A stretch of 64,000 nucleotides of DNA from contig CAVQSG010000041.1 of the NCBI GenBank assembly GCA_963715415.1, positions 3,885 through 67,884 of the forward strand. The letters are read 5' to 3'. Source of the DNA: an uncultured Chloroflexia bacterium (GTDB lineage: Bacteria; Chloroflexota; Anaerolineae; Caldilineales; Caldilineaceae). Under the pieces are notes generated by a model that did no database searches, had not been told where the DNA came from, and saw nothing but the letters and a program-made list of their open reading frames with translations. Position 1 is the stretch's first letter. Every line of letters starts with the position of its first letter. Positions 20,607 to 31,074 of the stretch are shown here, in pieces. The position numbers were made by a program, and so were the translations under genes.

Positions 20607-21317
20607 CTATTGTTCGCTTGCCGGCGCAATCCCGTTGACGTCCGGGTATTCCTCCGTTTGGGTGAGTTCGACGCGCAGGCATACGTCGCCCTGATTCTCC
20701 GGATGTTTACCCTGCACACCGGCATAGAAGCGGCGAATGGTCTCCATGTCTTCCAGGGTGTCATCGCTCAGGTGAAGTGGAGTGGCAACGCCCATTTCTC
20801 GATGCTTATAGTCGATATAGACCATGACGATCGGAACGTGCGCGTTTGAGGCAATCAGGTAGAAGCCGCTCTTCCAGCAGAGCGATTTGCTGCGCGTGCC
20901 TTCCGGCGTAATGGCCAACAACATCTGGTCGTTGCGGTCAAATTCGGCGACGACCTGTTTGACAAAGTTGGCACTGCGTTCGCGATTGATGGCTATGCCG
21001 CCCAATTGTCGGAAGAACCACCCCAGCGGTCCCCAAAACATTGTATGCTTGGCAACCCAGTACGGAAATGGAAGATCAATTGCCCGACTACCGGCAAATA
21101 GAATGGGCCAATCCCAATTTGATGTGTGTGGTGCAACGATCATGACATACTTCGGGTCTGTCGGCATTTGGCCACGGATGGACCAACCGAAGATGGCCAA
21201 TAGCCAAGCCCAAAATCGCTGATAGATGGTGGTTGGATACAGGCGCGGAAGCGCCGATTTGAGGGTCACTTTACAGAATCTCCGTCGTTCAAAGGGCTGT
21301 TCACTTCTTCGATGCAC
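20607..21317 (-). CDS. 1-acyl-sn-glycerol-3-phosphate acyltransferase-like (PlsC family)
   Basis: The HxxxxD motif (APHTSNWD) and the ITPEGTRS motif are present. The start is uncertain because the ORF overlaps the upstream gene by 17 nt. Confidence 0.75.
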   Translation of the reverse strand: MHRRSEQPFERRRFCKVTLKSALPRLYPTTIYQRFWAWLLAIFGWSIRGQMPTDPKYVMIVAPHTSNWDWPILFAGSRAIDLPFPYWVAKHTMFWGPLGWFFRQLGGIAINRERSANFVKQVVAEFDRNDQMLLAITPEGTRSKSLCWKSGFYLIASNAHVPIVMVYIDYKHREMGVATPLHLSDDTLEDMETIRRFYAGVQGKHPENQGDVCLRVELTQTEEYPDVNGIAPASEQ

Positions 21318-22734
21318 CCGCCGTCACCACCGCATCCAAGATTTTCCGATAGCCGGTGCAACGACATAGATTGCCCGTCAACGCTTCCTGGGCTTGGGCG
21401 ACTGATGGGTGCGGACACTCTTCGAGGAGTTTGGTCGCGCTCATGACGAAGCCCGGCGTGCAGTATCCACACTGGACACCCCCGCTCTGCACCAATGCAT
21501 CCTGAACGGGATTCAAATGCGCTTGATTGCCAAGCCCTTCGACCGTCTCGACGCGACTACCCCAGGCTCGTTCCGAGGGCACCATACAGGCCATGACCGC
21601 CATACCGTCCAGGAACACGGTGCACGCACCGCATTCACCCTCGGCGCACCCCTCCTTACTTCCTATAAACCCCGCCCCACGCAGGCTGTCCAACAACGTC
21701 ATCTGTCCCTTTAGTTCCACGAGACGGCCGTTTACCAGCGCCGTAGTGGACGACCCGAGGGACCAATGCGAATCCGTGGTTGCTGCGCCGGGAGGAACGG
21801 GCCAGCGTCCATCCGTATGCCCGCGCAGCGTGATCGGGCGTTCGGGCCAGCCCTGTCGTTCCGTGCCAAACTCGATGGTCCGTAACAGGCGCATGGTCAA
21901 CGTGTGCACCATCTCGCGCCTGTAGAGAGCCGATCCGCGCAGATCATCGATCGGTGCGGTAGCATTGACCGCCAGGTCGGCTGCTTTGGCGGCTGTTCGT
22001 TCATTCAGAGACAGACCGCGGAGGAATCGTTCGGCCTCCGTTGCCCGCACCACAACCGGAGCGACTGCGCCATAGGCCAGACGGGCATCGGTGATGGTGC
22101 CGTCGACGCGCGCGACCACCGCCGCCGCGCTAACGACACTGATGGCCTGTGTCCGGCGCAATCCCAGCTTGACAAACGTGCCTTGGCTGCGTGTAGTCAG
22201 CACCGGTATGTTGATTCTCAGCAACAGTTCGTCATCCGCCAGGTCGACCCGGCGGAACCCGATGATGAAATCGGCCAGGCGCAAGGTCCGTTCACCTCTG
22301 GCTGCGCTGCGTAGTGTAACGGACGCATCCAGTGCCGTCAGCGGTGTGATGGTGTCGTTGGACGGACTTGCCGTGACGAGATTGCCGGCCACTGTGGCCC
22401 GGTTGCGAATCTGGGGCGCACCGACTTCCCAGCACGCGCGGGCAAGCGGAAATGCACGCGCGACAACTGCCGGACTGGTGACACACTGGTTGTGGGTGAC
22501 CAGTGCGCCGAGATGAAGGCCATCGACGTCTTCCTTGATGTCGGCCAGCCCAGGAATGCGCGTCAAGTCGATCACACCCGGAAGGGTACCGTCCGCATTG
22601 GTTCGTGCGCCGCGCTGGAACTCGATCAGCAGGTCGGTGGCTCCGGCGATAAAGCGGGCGTCAGCACCATAGTTGGCTTTAAGCGCCAATGCTTCATCAA
22701 GAGAGGATGGAGTTGTGTAGAATCGATACATCAT
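21301..22734 (-). CDS. Fused FAD-binding (CoxM/XdhB-like) and [2Fe-2S] (CoxS/XdhC-small-like) subunit of a molybdenum hydroxylase
   Basis: The N-terminus has ARFIAGATDLLIEFQRG (FAD_binding_5 type). The C-terminus has CAEGECGACTV and CGYCTPGF...NLCRCTGY iron-sulfur motifs. Confidence 0.85.
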   Translation of the reverse strand: MMYRFYTTPSSLDEALALKANYGADARFIAGATDLLIEFQRGARTNADGTLPGVIDLTRIPGLADIKEDVDGLHLGALVTHNQCVTSPAVVARAFPLARACWEVGAPQIRNRATVAGNLVTASPSNDTITPLTALDASVTLRSAARGERTLRLADFIIGFRRVDLADDELLLRINIPVLTTRSQGTFVKLGLRRTQAISVVSAAAVVARVDGTITDARLAYGAVAPVVVRATEAERFLRGLSLNERTAAKAADLAVNATAPIDDLRGSALYRREMVHTLTMRLLRTIEFGTERQGWPERPITLRGHTDGRWPVPPGAATTDSHWSLGSSTTALVNGRLVELKGQMTLLDSLRGAGFIGSKEGCAEGECGACTVFLDGMAVMACMVPSERAWGSRVETVEGLGNQAHLNPVQDALVQSGGVQCGYCTPGFVMSATKLLEECPHPSVAQAQEALTGNLCRCTGYRKILDAVVTAGASKK

Positions 22735-22819
22735 GGCATTTCACACCGGCTCGACGCTCGTAACAGATGGTTGCCCAAGTTGATACACTGCAGGTGACCA
22801 CTGTCCGGCTGACGGACAA

Positions 22820-23140
22820 TCATCCGTAGTTCTCTCCATGGGTTTTCCCGTTGAAACGAAGGATGATAGCGACGATGCCGCCGGTTATCCCGAGAATCAG
22901 CGTGAAGACACTCTGCCACGCGGCCAGACCGAAAAGGCGTTTGCCGATGGCAAAGTGGCCCACCACCAGCGCCAGTAGGCTTAACGCGACCGATATCGGA
23001 ATCGGTGCTTCCGCTCCCGGTGTATTGAAGGCCGCTTCCTGCATTTTGTCGAGTTGCGCATCGGCCTGGGCGCGACTCCAGTCAAAGTAGAACGGAACCA
23101 ATGCTGCCAACAGCGCCATGCTGCCGAGAAAGCCCATCAA
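22820..23140 (-). CDS. Small hypothetical membrane protein (106 aa, about 3 TM segments)
   Basis: Three hydrophobic segments are visible. The ORF overlaps the stop of the upstream LLM gene by 4 nt. No family was recognised. Confidence 0.45.
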   Translation of the reverse strand: MMGFLGSMALLAALVPFYFDWSRAQADAQLDKMQEAAFNTPGAEAPIPISVALSLLALVVGHFAIGKRLFGLAAWQSVFTLILGITGGIVAIILRFNGKTHGENYG

Positions 23141-24147
23141 TAGCCGTCCGCAAAGGTGTCGACCATCAACTTGACGTCGCCCAATGGATACAAAATCGGG
23201 CAGGTGGCGCCATTGTCCATATATTGGCGCACCTTTTTCCGAACCTGATCCGGCGTACCGCTGGCGCTGATGCGAACCACCAGGTCATCAGGCACGAGCG
23301 GCATGGCCTTGCGCACCTGTTCCATGGTAGCCGGCCAGCCGAGGATGGACTGGATGCGCTCCACGACTTCCGGGTCGACGCCGCTTGCCTTGGCAATATG
23401 CGGCTGTTGCGCCAGATACTGGGTCAGCAATTCTTTGGCTCCGTCGATCGCGATGCGTTCGTCCTCATGGACCGAGCAGACCACTAGTTGAGGGCGGTCC
23501 AAATCATCGATGGAGCGACCGGCGCGCTTGGCGCCGCGTTCGAGCTGGTCCATGGCGTGAACGTTGTATTCGGGTGGAACACAGTAGTTGAGGACCGCTC
23601 CGTCGGCTATTTCGCCGGTGAGTTCCATCATTTTGGGCCCGGTTGCGCCGATCATGATCGACACGTCACGAGGCTCGCGCCGCCCGTGTACCACGTCCAA
23701 TTCAACACCGGTCAACGTATGAAATTCGCCGCTGTAGGTGACATTTTCCAAAGCCAACAGGCGACGCAGAAGATCCACGGTCTCGCGCATCGCCGTGAGT
23801 GGTTTGCGTCGTTTGATGCCGACGTTGCTGGCCAGTGGGTCCCACCAGGCGCCTATGCCGCAGATAATGCGCCCCGGCGCCAGATCGTCCAAAGTTAGAA
23901 AAGTGGCGGCCAATAGCCCAATATTGCGCGTCCAATTGTTGATCACGCCTGAACCGATCTTGATCCGGTCCGTCACGGCTGCGAACGCGGCCATGGGCAC
24001 GATGGCGTCGCGGACCAGACGACTCTCCGCTTGCCAGACTGCTTCGAAGCCCTTCTCTTCGGCGTACTGTGCGTGCGCCATGCCCTCACGGATCGGGTGC
24101 TTGTCCTGCAGATACATGGCAACGCGGCTATAATTGTTGTCGGTCAT
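23137..24147 (-). CDS. Luciferase-like monooxygenase (LLM) class oxidoreductase, probably F420-dependent
   Basis: [19 protein letters not shown]...[12 protein letters not shown]...[10 protein letters not shown] is LLM-like. I chose the start MTDNNYSRV at 24147. The gene is divergent from the F420 biosynthesis genes. Confidence 0.7.
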   Translation of the reverse strand: MTDNNYSRVAMYLQDKHPIREGMAHAQYAEEKGFEAVWQAESRLVRDAIVPMAAFAAVTDRIKIGSGVINNWTRNIGLLAATFLTLDDLAPGRIICGIGAWWDPLASNVGIKRRKPLTAMRETVDLLRRLLALENVTYSGEFHTLTGVELDVVHGRREPRDVSIMIGATGPKMMELTGEIADGAVLNYCVPPEYNVHAMDQLERGAKRAGRSIDDLDRPQLVVCSVHEDERIAIDGAKELLTQYLAQQPHIAKASGVDPEVVERIQSILGWPATMEQVRKAMPLVPDDLVVRISASGTPDQVRKKVRQYMDNGATCPILYPLGDVKLMVDTFADGY

Positions 24148-24268
24148 CAGGCTCTGATCCTCCCGCAGACTAGGTGTTGGTAGGGCGTAATGTGCAGTGT
24201 ACACCTGGGCCCAAACGAGCGTCAAGACGGGTTGGGACGCATCGGTGCACGTGCTATAATCCCAGACC

Positions 24269-25006
24269 ATGATTCACCTCGAGATCGTTGATGACGGAGC
24301 CAAACCAGTGGACGATGGGCCAGACAACGCAGCAGACTGCCCGCCCGAAGCGCTGCCGAACGGACTGTCCAACGGTCACGATCTCAGTGGCGGTGTGAGC
24401 CTACACAGCAGGGACTTGCTTCAGTACATGCGGACGCGCCGGTCTATCCGTCGCTACACCGACGAGAAAGTCTCACCTGCCGTCATCGAAGAGCTATTGG
24501 AGGCGGCAACCTGGGCACCGTCGGCTCACAACCGCCAGCCATGGCGATTTTGCGTTGTGACCCAAGACGCAACCAAGCGCAAACTAAGTGCAGAGATGGG
24601 CCGGCGCTGGCGGGCCGATCTGGCTGCCGACGCGTCTGACCCGGCTTTCATCGAACGGCGCGTACAAATTAGCCACGCGCGGCTGACGGGTGCGGCGGCG
24701 CTCGTCGTCGCCTGTATGACAATGGAGTCGATGGATAGCTATCCGGACGCGGTGCGCGGCCATGCTGAACGGACGATGGCCACCCAAAGTGTGGCGCTGG
24801 CCTGTCAGAACCTGCTGTTGGCAGCCCATGTGCATGGGTTGGGCGCCTGTTGGATGTGTGCGCCGCTTTTTGTTCCGTCCTTGGTCTGCGATGTCCTGCA
24901 ACTGCCGCTGACATGGAACCCGCAGGCGCTCATTACCCTCGGGTATCCGGCCGAAACCAAAGAAAAAGACCGCGTACCGCTGGCAAGCCGTGTGATTTGG
25001 AGATAG
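24269..25006 (+). CDS. Nitroreductase-family protein resembling the C-terminal domain of FbiB (F420 maturation)
   Basis: [13 protein letters not shown]...[13 protein letters not shown] is the nitroreductase signature. The gene lies immediately upstream of cofD and cofC. Confidence 0.7.
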   Translation: MIHLEIVDDGAKPVDDGPDNAADCPPEALPNGLSNGHDLSGGVSLHSRDLLQYMRTRRSIRRYTDEKVSPAVIEELLEAATWAPSAHNRQPWRFCVVTQDATKRKLSAEMGRRWRADLAADASDPAFIERRVQISHARLTGAAALVVACMTMESMDSYPDAVRGHAERTMATQSVALACQNLLLAAHVHGLGACWMCAPLFVPSLVCDVLQLPLTWNPQALITLGYPAETKEKDRVPLASRVIWR

Positions 25007-25010
25007 AGGA

Positions 25011-26024
25011 ATGATTCAAGAGGTTCGAGACGACATTCGGGTTGTGGCGCTGGCCGGTGGCGTCGGTGGCGCCAAACTGGCAACGGGACTCCAGCGGGCA
25101 TTGGCGCCGGGTACATTGACGGTCATCGTCAACACCGGTGATGACTTTGAGCATTGGGGTCTGTCCATCTGCCCTGATCTGGACACCGTCCTTTACAATC
25201 TTGCGGACCGGCACAATCCCGAAACCGGATGGGGGCAACGTGACGAGACCTTCGACGCCCTGGCAGCCATGAGCGCGCTCGGCGGTGCAGATTGGTTTAT
25301 GCTTGGAGACAAGGACTTGGCGTTCCACCTACGCCGAACAGAGTGGCTGCGACAAGGAATTTCGTTAAGTGACGTGACCGACCGATTGCGACGAGCGTTG
25401 GCTGTCCCCTCGCGGATCGTACCCATGTCCGACCAGCCGGTACGTACACTCGTGCACACTGACGAGGGAGACTTGCCCTTTCAGCACTATTTCGTGCGGA
25501 GACGCTGCGAGCCGATCGTGGTCGATCTTTCCTTTGTAGGCGCAAACGAAGCACGGCCACCTGAGGCGGCTGTGGACGCCATCTACGGCGCCGATCTAAT
25601 CGTATTCTGTCCCAGCAATCCCTACTTGAGCATCGATCCGATTCTGAGCGTAAATGGTCTGCGACGTCTGATTCGAAAAGCGTCGGCTGCGAAGGTCGCC
25701 GTCTCTCCAATCGTCGGAGGCACAGCCATCAAAGGTCCGGCGGCCAAGATGATGCGGGAACTAGGCCAGATGATCAGCCCGTTGACGGTGGTCGATCATT
25801 TGGATGGTCTTCTGGACGGCTTTGTGCTGGACGAACAGGACGGCATATTGCGGCGTGCAGTCGGGCTCCCGACTCTCGTCACCGATACTGTCATGACCGA
25901 CTTGGTCGACAAAGTGCGTCTGGCTCATGAACTGCTTGACTTTGGCATATCGTTGGCGAATGCTCAACGATCACCCACGCTGGAACCCACTTCACCGGTT
26001 GAACCTGAAGTGCCGACGCGATGA
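25011..26024 (+). CDS. cofD: 2-phospho-L-lactate transferase (CofD/FbiA)
   Basis: [17 protein letters not shown]...[22 protein letters not shown] is a typical CofD N-terminus. Confidence 0.85.
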   Translation: MIQEVRDDIRVVALAGGVGGAKLATGLQRALAPGTLTVIVNTGDDFEHWGLSICPDLDTVLYNLADRHNPETGWGQRDETFDALAAMSALGGADWFMLGDKDLAFHLRRTEWLRQGISLSDVTDRLRRALAVPSRIVPMSDQPVRTLVHTDEGDLPFQHYFVRRRCEPIVVDLSFVGANEARPPEAAVDAIYGADLIVFCPSNPYLSIDPILSVNGLRRLIRKASAAKVAVSPIVGGTAIKGPAAKMMRELGQMISPLTVVDHLDGLLDGFVLDEQDGILRRAVGLPTLVTDTVMTDLVDKVRLAHELLDFGISLANAQRSPTLEPTSPVEPEVPTR

Positions 26025-26662
26025 ATGCGCTGTGGCTGCTGATTCCGGTCAAACCTTTCGATGAAGGCAAGAGCCGGTTGGCGACGTCGCTCTCCGTCGA
26101 GCAGCGCGCGGATTTGACGCGCCGGATTCTGTTACGCACGCTGACAATCGCAGACGCGACGGCGCGATTCAAGCAGATCGTCGTGATCAGCCGCGATCCG
26201 GCGGTCCACGAAGCAGCACGGTGCGCGCATGTTTTTGCCCTGGCCGAGGAATCGAATGGGCTCAACCGTGCGCTTGAGCAAGCACGGGCCATGGCCGTCG
26301 CCGGCGGCGCCAGCGCCATTCTCGTGCTGCCGTCAGATTTGCCCTTTGTGACCTATGGAGATCTCGACGTATTGATCGGTGCGGCTCATGCCGGCAACAA
26401 GGTCGTCATCGCACCCAGTTGTGACGGCGGCACCAATGCCCTGCTCTTGACACCACCGACCGTCATTGACTTCGCATTCGGCCATGACAGCTTCCGCCTG
26501 CACACCCAACAGGCACGTGGGCAAAATGTCTCATACCGTGTCTTTCGCTCACCAACCCTTGCCTACGACATCGATTGGCCGGCTGATCTTCATGCGGCGC
26601 TTGCAGGCGGATTTGGTTCACTTTCTACGGTCAGAGCCTCATTCCCACAGGCCTGCAGATAG
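26021..26662 (+). CDS. cofC: 2-phospho-L-lactate / PEP guanylyltransferase (CofC/FbiD)
   Basis: LLIPVKPFDEGKSRLA...LPSDLPFV...DGGTNALL motifs are present. The start forms an ATGA overlap with cofD. Confidence 0.8.
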   Translation: MNALWLLIPVKPFDEGKSRLATSLSVEQRADLTRRILLRTLTIADATARFKQIVVISRDPAVHEAARCAHVFALAEESNGLNRALEQARAMAVAGGASAILVLPSDLPFVTYGDLDVLIGAAHAGNKVVIAPSCDGGTNALLLTPPTVIDFAFGHDSFRLHTQQARGQNVSYRVFRSPTLAYDIDWPADLHAALAGGFGSLSTVRASFPQACR

Positions 26663-27154
26663 CCGCACGCACGGCAACGGCCGGCGTCGTTATGCTCGCG
26701 CCCTAGACGCCTGGCGCTGCGCGCTGCGCGTATCTTCTCGGCCACGGCTAGCACGTCTCGTCGAATGGCATCGTCAAAGGGAATCTCGAGCGTGGCATCA
26801 GCGTAGTGTAAGAGCCCGTATGGAGGCCGCACACGATATCGGTCTTCCACCAGGAGACAATAGGTCGCCAACTGTAGAATGTGGCTTGCGTACGGTGTCG
26901 ACGGCTTTGTGCGGCTCTTGACCTCGACAGGAATGACGAGGCGCCTCTTTCCGTCCAGTATTTCAACCAGATAATCGGGCTTCCCGACCGATCCGTAGCG
27001 GCGGCTGATAATGGGGCTGTCCACCCGGTTCCATGCCGACGTGTCACCATAGACGACACGTCCTGCCGGCAGTCCGGTGGCATGACGCTTGCGCCCGCGC
27101 GAGCGCCAACGCTCCCAGGGCGAGAATTAGAAGCAGGAAGATGGCGAACAGCAA
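26590..27154 (-). pseudogene. Cas4-like PD-(D/E)XK nuclease (DUF83-type) with an N-terminal hydrophobic helix; frame interruption near 27090; possible TTG start
   Basis: GKPDYLV...IPVEVKS (D..ExK), HILQLATYCLL (QxxxY) and a C-terminal CRACGYLQAC cluster are present. Upstream, LLFAIFLLLILALGALALA lies in an adjacent frame. No CRISPR array or other cas genes are in the window. Confidence 0.6.
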
Positions 27155-27408
27155 GAGGTTTACGATAGAGTGGTGCTTTCGATTTCGTTAGGACCGTGAT
27201 TCCGGGCGTAACCTTCACCCCATTCGTGCGTCATGAAGCGCGACAAACCACGTAACCTGCCGACGATCTGCGAGCGGAATATTCCGGCGCGACGAGATCA
27301 CTTGATGCACTTGCAGCACCGAGATGTACGTGCATGCGGCCGGCAGCGGAACATATGGTTCCGACATCGAAAATACTCTACACGCAAAAAGAAGTACGGT
27401 CCAAACAG

Positions 27409-30400
27409 ATGAACATTCCTCCAAGCCGAATCGGCGACTATGAAGTCGTGAGTGAAGTCGCCCGCACGTCGATCTATCGAGCATATGTGGTCAAAAGACT
27501 GGACGATGGGGGTGGAACCGAGTTCGCCGTTGCCAAGGTACTGCTTCCGGAATTGTATCACGATCCAGCCATCCGTGCGCAGTTCATCAACGGCGCCGTC
27601 GCGGCAGAGGCTCTGAGCCACCCTTCAATCGCCCGCGTCTTCAGTTCAGCGGACAACGGCGAGTTCGCCTACCGGCTAGATGAGCATCTGAAGGCCAAAC
27701 CGCTGGACAAGATTCTGGAAACCAGAAGTTCACCCATCAGCACCGAAAATCTGATATCGATCGTGCAACAATCGTCGGCGGCGATCGATTATGCACACTT
27801 CAACGGTCTGCGCCACCTGCATCTTTCACCGGCGTGCATTTACATAACCGAACATAATCGGTTGCTGATTACAGATTTCGGACTGCCGTTGCTCGATCGA
27901 GATCACGATGCACACGATTCGACGCAACCGGGGGATCTGGTCGAACGGCATCTGGAACCGGTGACGCCCTATCTCGCGCCTGAACAACTCAAGGCCGGTG
28001 CAGTTCTGTTTAACCAGACTGATGTTTATGCGTTGGGCGCTGTGTGCTACCACCTTACGACCACACATGCCCCATTTCGCGCAGCGTCCTCAGAGATGCT
28101 TGCTGCGCAAATACTTCAGGAAGAACCTGTATTGGCGTCAGAGCTCAATCCGGCGCTGCCGTCGGCGCTGAGTTATGTATTGATGGGCGCGATGGCAAAG
28201 ATACCTGAGAATCGCTACACCACAGCGCGTGAATTGGCTGAATCATTGATCGAAGGATCGGTGATCTGGCATCCTGGTTCGAGCCAATCCATGCGGGCGA
28301 TCGAACTCGAATCTGGTGGGCGCTCGAACTCTGACAACAGCAGAGGTTGGCGACGTCGCTGGCCTTTGGCTGCGCTCTTTCTGCTGTTTGTATTTATCTG
28401 TTCCGGTGTATGGTTTGTCTATTCGAATACAGCCTATACGGATACCTTTGTCGGCCCGTTGTTGGCTCGATTTGAGGGCAACGCAGACGCAAACACGGCA
28501 GCAGTCGCCGATGAGGTTGCGGAAATTGCCCAGCCGAATGAACAGGCGAACAATGGAGAGAGCGCCAGGCCCACTTCAACCCCGACGATTCAGACCTCCG
28601 CAACCACTGGCGCAATCGATGGGTCTGTCGAACTTGTTCTGGTCCCCACGTCCACGGGTGCACCGACAGAGTCAGAGCGGTCCGCAGGTACGCTGACTGC
28701 GACAGAAAGATCACCCAATGTGGTGGCCGTTGGCGCCGGCCAATCAGCAGCGGCTACGGATGCTCCGACGACGACAGATTCGCCCACGGCGGCACCAACC
28801 AGCACCCCGGTGCCCACAGCCACCAGTATGGCAACGGCAACTGCTACGGACGTCCCGACGGCGACGCCGATCGCGACAGATTCGCCCACGGCGGCACCAA
28901 CCAGCACCCCGGTACCCACGGCCACCAGTGTGGCAACGGCAACTGCTACGGACGTCCCGACGGCGACGCCGATCGCGACAGATTCGCCCACAGTGGCACC
29001 AACCAGCACCCCGGTGCCCACGGCCACCAGTGTGGCAACGGCAACTGCTACGGACGTCCCGACGGCGACGCCGATCGCGACAGATTCGCCCACAGTGGCA
29101 CCAACCAGCACCCCGGTGCCCACGGCCACCAGTGTGGCAACGGCAACCAGCGAACTAAAAGCCTCGGCGACGGTGGCAGAGGAGACGGTTGTTGCCGGGG
29201 CGGCCGGCGCCACAATTGAGCCCACTGCCGCCGCGTCGGTCGATACCACGGTCGCAGCCGCGGTAGAGTCAACCACCGAGAACTCGGACATCTCGACCGC
29301 GACCGAAACGCCGGCGCCGACGGCAACCAGCACGGCCACCATGACACCGGCACCTACCGCTACGGCTACAGTCACAAACACACCAACCGTCACGGCGACC
29401 GATACGCCGGCACCGACGGCGACCAGCACGGCCACCATGACACCGGCACCCACTGCTACGGCTACAGTCACAAACACACCAACCGTCACGGCGACCGATA
29501 CGCCGGCACCGACGGCGACCAGCACGTCAACCAGGACATCGGCACCCACCGCTACGGCTACAGTCACAAACACACCAACCGTCACGGCGACCAGCACGTC
29601 AACCAGGACACCGGCACCCACTGCTACGGCTACAGTCACAAACACACCAACCGTCACGGCGACCAGCACGTCAACCAGGACACCGGCACCCACTGCTACG
29701 GCTACAGTCACAAACACACCAACCGTCACGGCGACCGATACGCCGGCACCGACGGCGACCAGCACGTCAACCAGGACATCGGCACCGACTGCTACGGCTA
29801 CAGTCACAAACACACCAACCGTCACGGCGACCGATACGCCGGCACCGACGGCGACCAGCACGTCAACCAGGACATCGGCACCGACTGCTACGGCTACAGT
29901 CACAAACACACCGACGGCTACGGCGACCAACACGCCGACACCGACGGCGACCGTTACAGCCACACCGGTACCGACCGCGCCTCCTACCAGCACATCAATA
30001 CCAGCACCGACTCCGCCGAACGAGTTGGCGGAGCTGGCAGTGGAGCTTGACGCCGGCAATGTCGTTCTTTCCGGACGTGCGCCGGCAGGAGAACGTATTG
30101 ACATTCTGATCAACGGGCGCGTCGAAACAGGTTCCGTAGCCGACGCCGATGGAAATTGGACCGTCGTTATGCCCTTCACATCCCCCGGCAGCTATGCCTT
30201 TGCGGTGCAGAGTGTAGCCGCCAACGGACTTCCCGGGACACAATTCGGCCCTGCCGAGATAACCGTTGCAGAGGATGTCGCCATCATGGACATTGCCGCG
30301 GAGACGGAGGCTGTCACGGTAAATACAGCGGACCTCCTTGACGCTACAGCGCCGGCGACCGTAGTGGCTGAGACGCAGTCAACGCACACCGAGCGCGCGC

Positions 30401-31065
30401 AGGAGAGCGGATCCGGTTCTCTGTCGAGCGCAGCCACCAACCGTGGGTCCGAAAGCGACACCATCGCCGTCTTGCCCACCGTCACGCCGCGAACCGAGCC
30501 TGCTGACACGCCTACCACAACGTCGACGCCTATGCCGCGTGCGACGCAGAGTGCGACCGCGGCGGTTTCACGTAAGGTGTCGGAGGCAAATACAACACAG
30601 CCGACGTTGGTGCCGTCCCGTCGGACGCGTGCTAGACGTGTCGCCCGTGCAACGCCACCGCCGGCGATGCAGCGCCCGTCGCGAACCCAGGTCGGTTCGG
30701 TCAAACTGATTAGCCCTGTAGACGAAACAGGCGGCAGTGGACGGATCGTCTTCACCTGGGAATCGAACTTTACCCCGCCGCCCGGCACTGCGTACGAGCT
30801 GATCTTCTGGCCACGCAACCGCGATCCGATGGTCGAAGGGTTCGGTCTTTCGGCTCCTACGCTTGCCACTGTCGAGTCGGTTGATCTAAATGCGCTGGAC
30901 CACACGCTGGGCAACCTACTTCAGCCGGGCGAGTATCGTTGGGGCGTGCTTTTGGTTGAAGTGTCTCCCTATCGCCGCATTGCCTTCTTGGGCGACGAAC
31001 ACGAATTTCGCTTTAATCGCACCTACGGCGATGGTGAACCGTATGTCGAGAATCCCGGTGAATAG
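27409..31065 (+). CDS. Membrane protein with a degenerate Ser/Thr kinase-like domain, one TM segment, a long Thr/Pro/Ala repeat linker and extracellular Ig-like or unknown domains
   Basis: Kinase-fold landmarks VAKVL, ITDFG, YLAPEQ and DVYALGAV are present, but the Gly-loop is absent and HRDLKPxN reads HLHLSPACI. The TM segment is WPLAALFLLFVFICSGVWFVY. I chose the start MNIPPSRIGDYEV at 27409. Confidence 0.75.
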   Translation: MNIPPSRIGDYEVVSEVARTSIYRAYVVKRLDDGGGTEFAVAKVLLPELYHDPAIRAQFINGAVAAEALSHPSIARVFSSADNGEFAYRLDEHLKAKPLDKILETRSSPISTENLISIVQQSSAAIDYAHFNGLRHLHLSPACIYITEHNRLLITDFGLPLLDRDHDAHDSTQPGDLVERHLEPVTPYLAPEQLKAGAVLFNQTDVYALGAVCYHLTTTHAPFRAASSEMLAAQILQEEPVLASELNPALPSALSYVLMGAMAKIPENRYTTARELAESLIEGSVIWHPGSSQSMRAIELESGGRSNSDNSRGWRRRWPLAALFLLFVFICSGVWFVYSNTAYTDTFVGPLLARFEGNADANTAAVADEVAEIAQPNEQANNGESARPTSTPTIQTSATTGAIDGSVELVLVPTSTGAPTESERSAGTLTATERSPNVVAVGAGQSAAATDAPTTTDSPTAAPTSTPVPTATSMATATATDVPTATPIATDSPTAAPTSTPVPTATSVATATATDVPTATPIATDSPTVAPTSTPVPTATSVATATATDVPTATPIATDSPTVAPTSTPVPTATSVATATSELKASATVAEETVVAGAAGATIEPTAAASVDTTVAAAVESTTENSDISTATETPAPTATSTATMTPAPTATATVTNTPTVTATDTPAPTATSTATMTPAPTATATVTNTPTVTATDTPAPTATSTSTRTSAPTATATVTNTPTVTATSTSTRTPAPTATATVTNTPTVTATSTSTRTPAPTATATVTNTPTVTATDTPAPTATSTSTRTSAPTATATVTNTPTVTATDTPAPTATSTSTRTSAPTATATVTNTPTATATNTPTPTATVTATPVPTAPPTSTSIPAPTPPNELAELAVELDAGNVVLSGRAPAGERIDILINGRVETGSVADADGNWTVVMPFTSPGSYAFAVQSVAANGLPGTQFGPAEITVAEDVAIMDIAAETEAVTVNTADLLDATAPATVVAETQSTHTERAQESGSGSLSSAATNRGSESDTIAVLPTVTPRTEPADTPTTTSTPMPRATQSATAAVSRKVSEANTTQPTLVPSRRTRARRVARATPPPAMQRPSRTQVGSVKLISPVDETGGSGRIVFTWESNFTPPPGTAYELIFWPRNRDPMVEGFGLSAPTLATVESVDLNALDHTLGNLLQPGEYRWGVLLVEVSPYRRIAFLGDEHEFRFNRTYGDGEPYVENPGE
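28774..29150 (+). repeat. Coding tandem repeat, 3.7 copies of 102 bp ([18 protein letters not shown](M/V)ATATATDVPTATPIA)
   Basis: Unit starts at 28774, 28876, 28978 and 29080 are spaced by exactly 102 bp. Confidence 0.9.
29305..29950 (+). repeat. Coding tandem repeats, about 8 units of 72-96 bp (TDTPAPTATSTxTxTxAPTATATVTNTPTVTA)
   Basis: Near-identical DNA units are visible directly. They also generate long antisense shadow ORFs. Confidence 0.85.
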
Positions 31066-31074
31066 GCGCCTGCC

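Noticed and set aside
20433-20610. 12-bp inverted repeat GCGAACAATAGG / CCTATTGTTCGC, about 150 bp apart, as a third MITE
   Set aside because: The arms are short, there are no flanking direct repeats and no second copy was seen. The right arm overlaps the plsC-like stop codon.
26590-27154. Cas4-like gene as evidence for a CRISPR-Cas locus
   Set aside because: No repeat-spacer array and no cas1/cas2 or effector genes are anywhere in the window. It is treated as a stand-alone PD-(D/E)XK nuclease.
28590-30179. 529-aa minus-strand ORF (Val/Ala/Gly repeats) antisense to the Thr/Pro repeat tract
   Set aside because: It is a mirror image of the ACN/CCN-rich coding repeats on the plus strand. The plus-strand gene has kinase-like and Ig-like flanking domains in the same frame.
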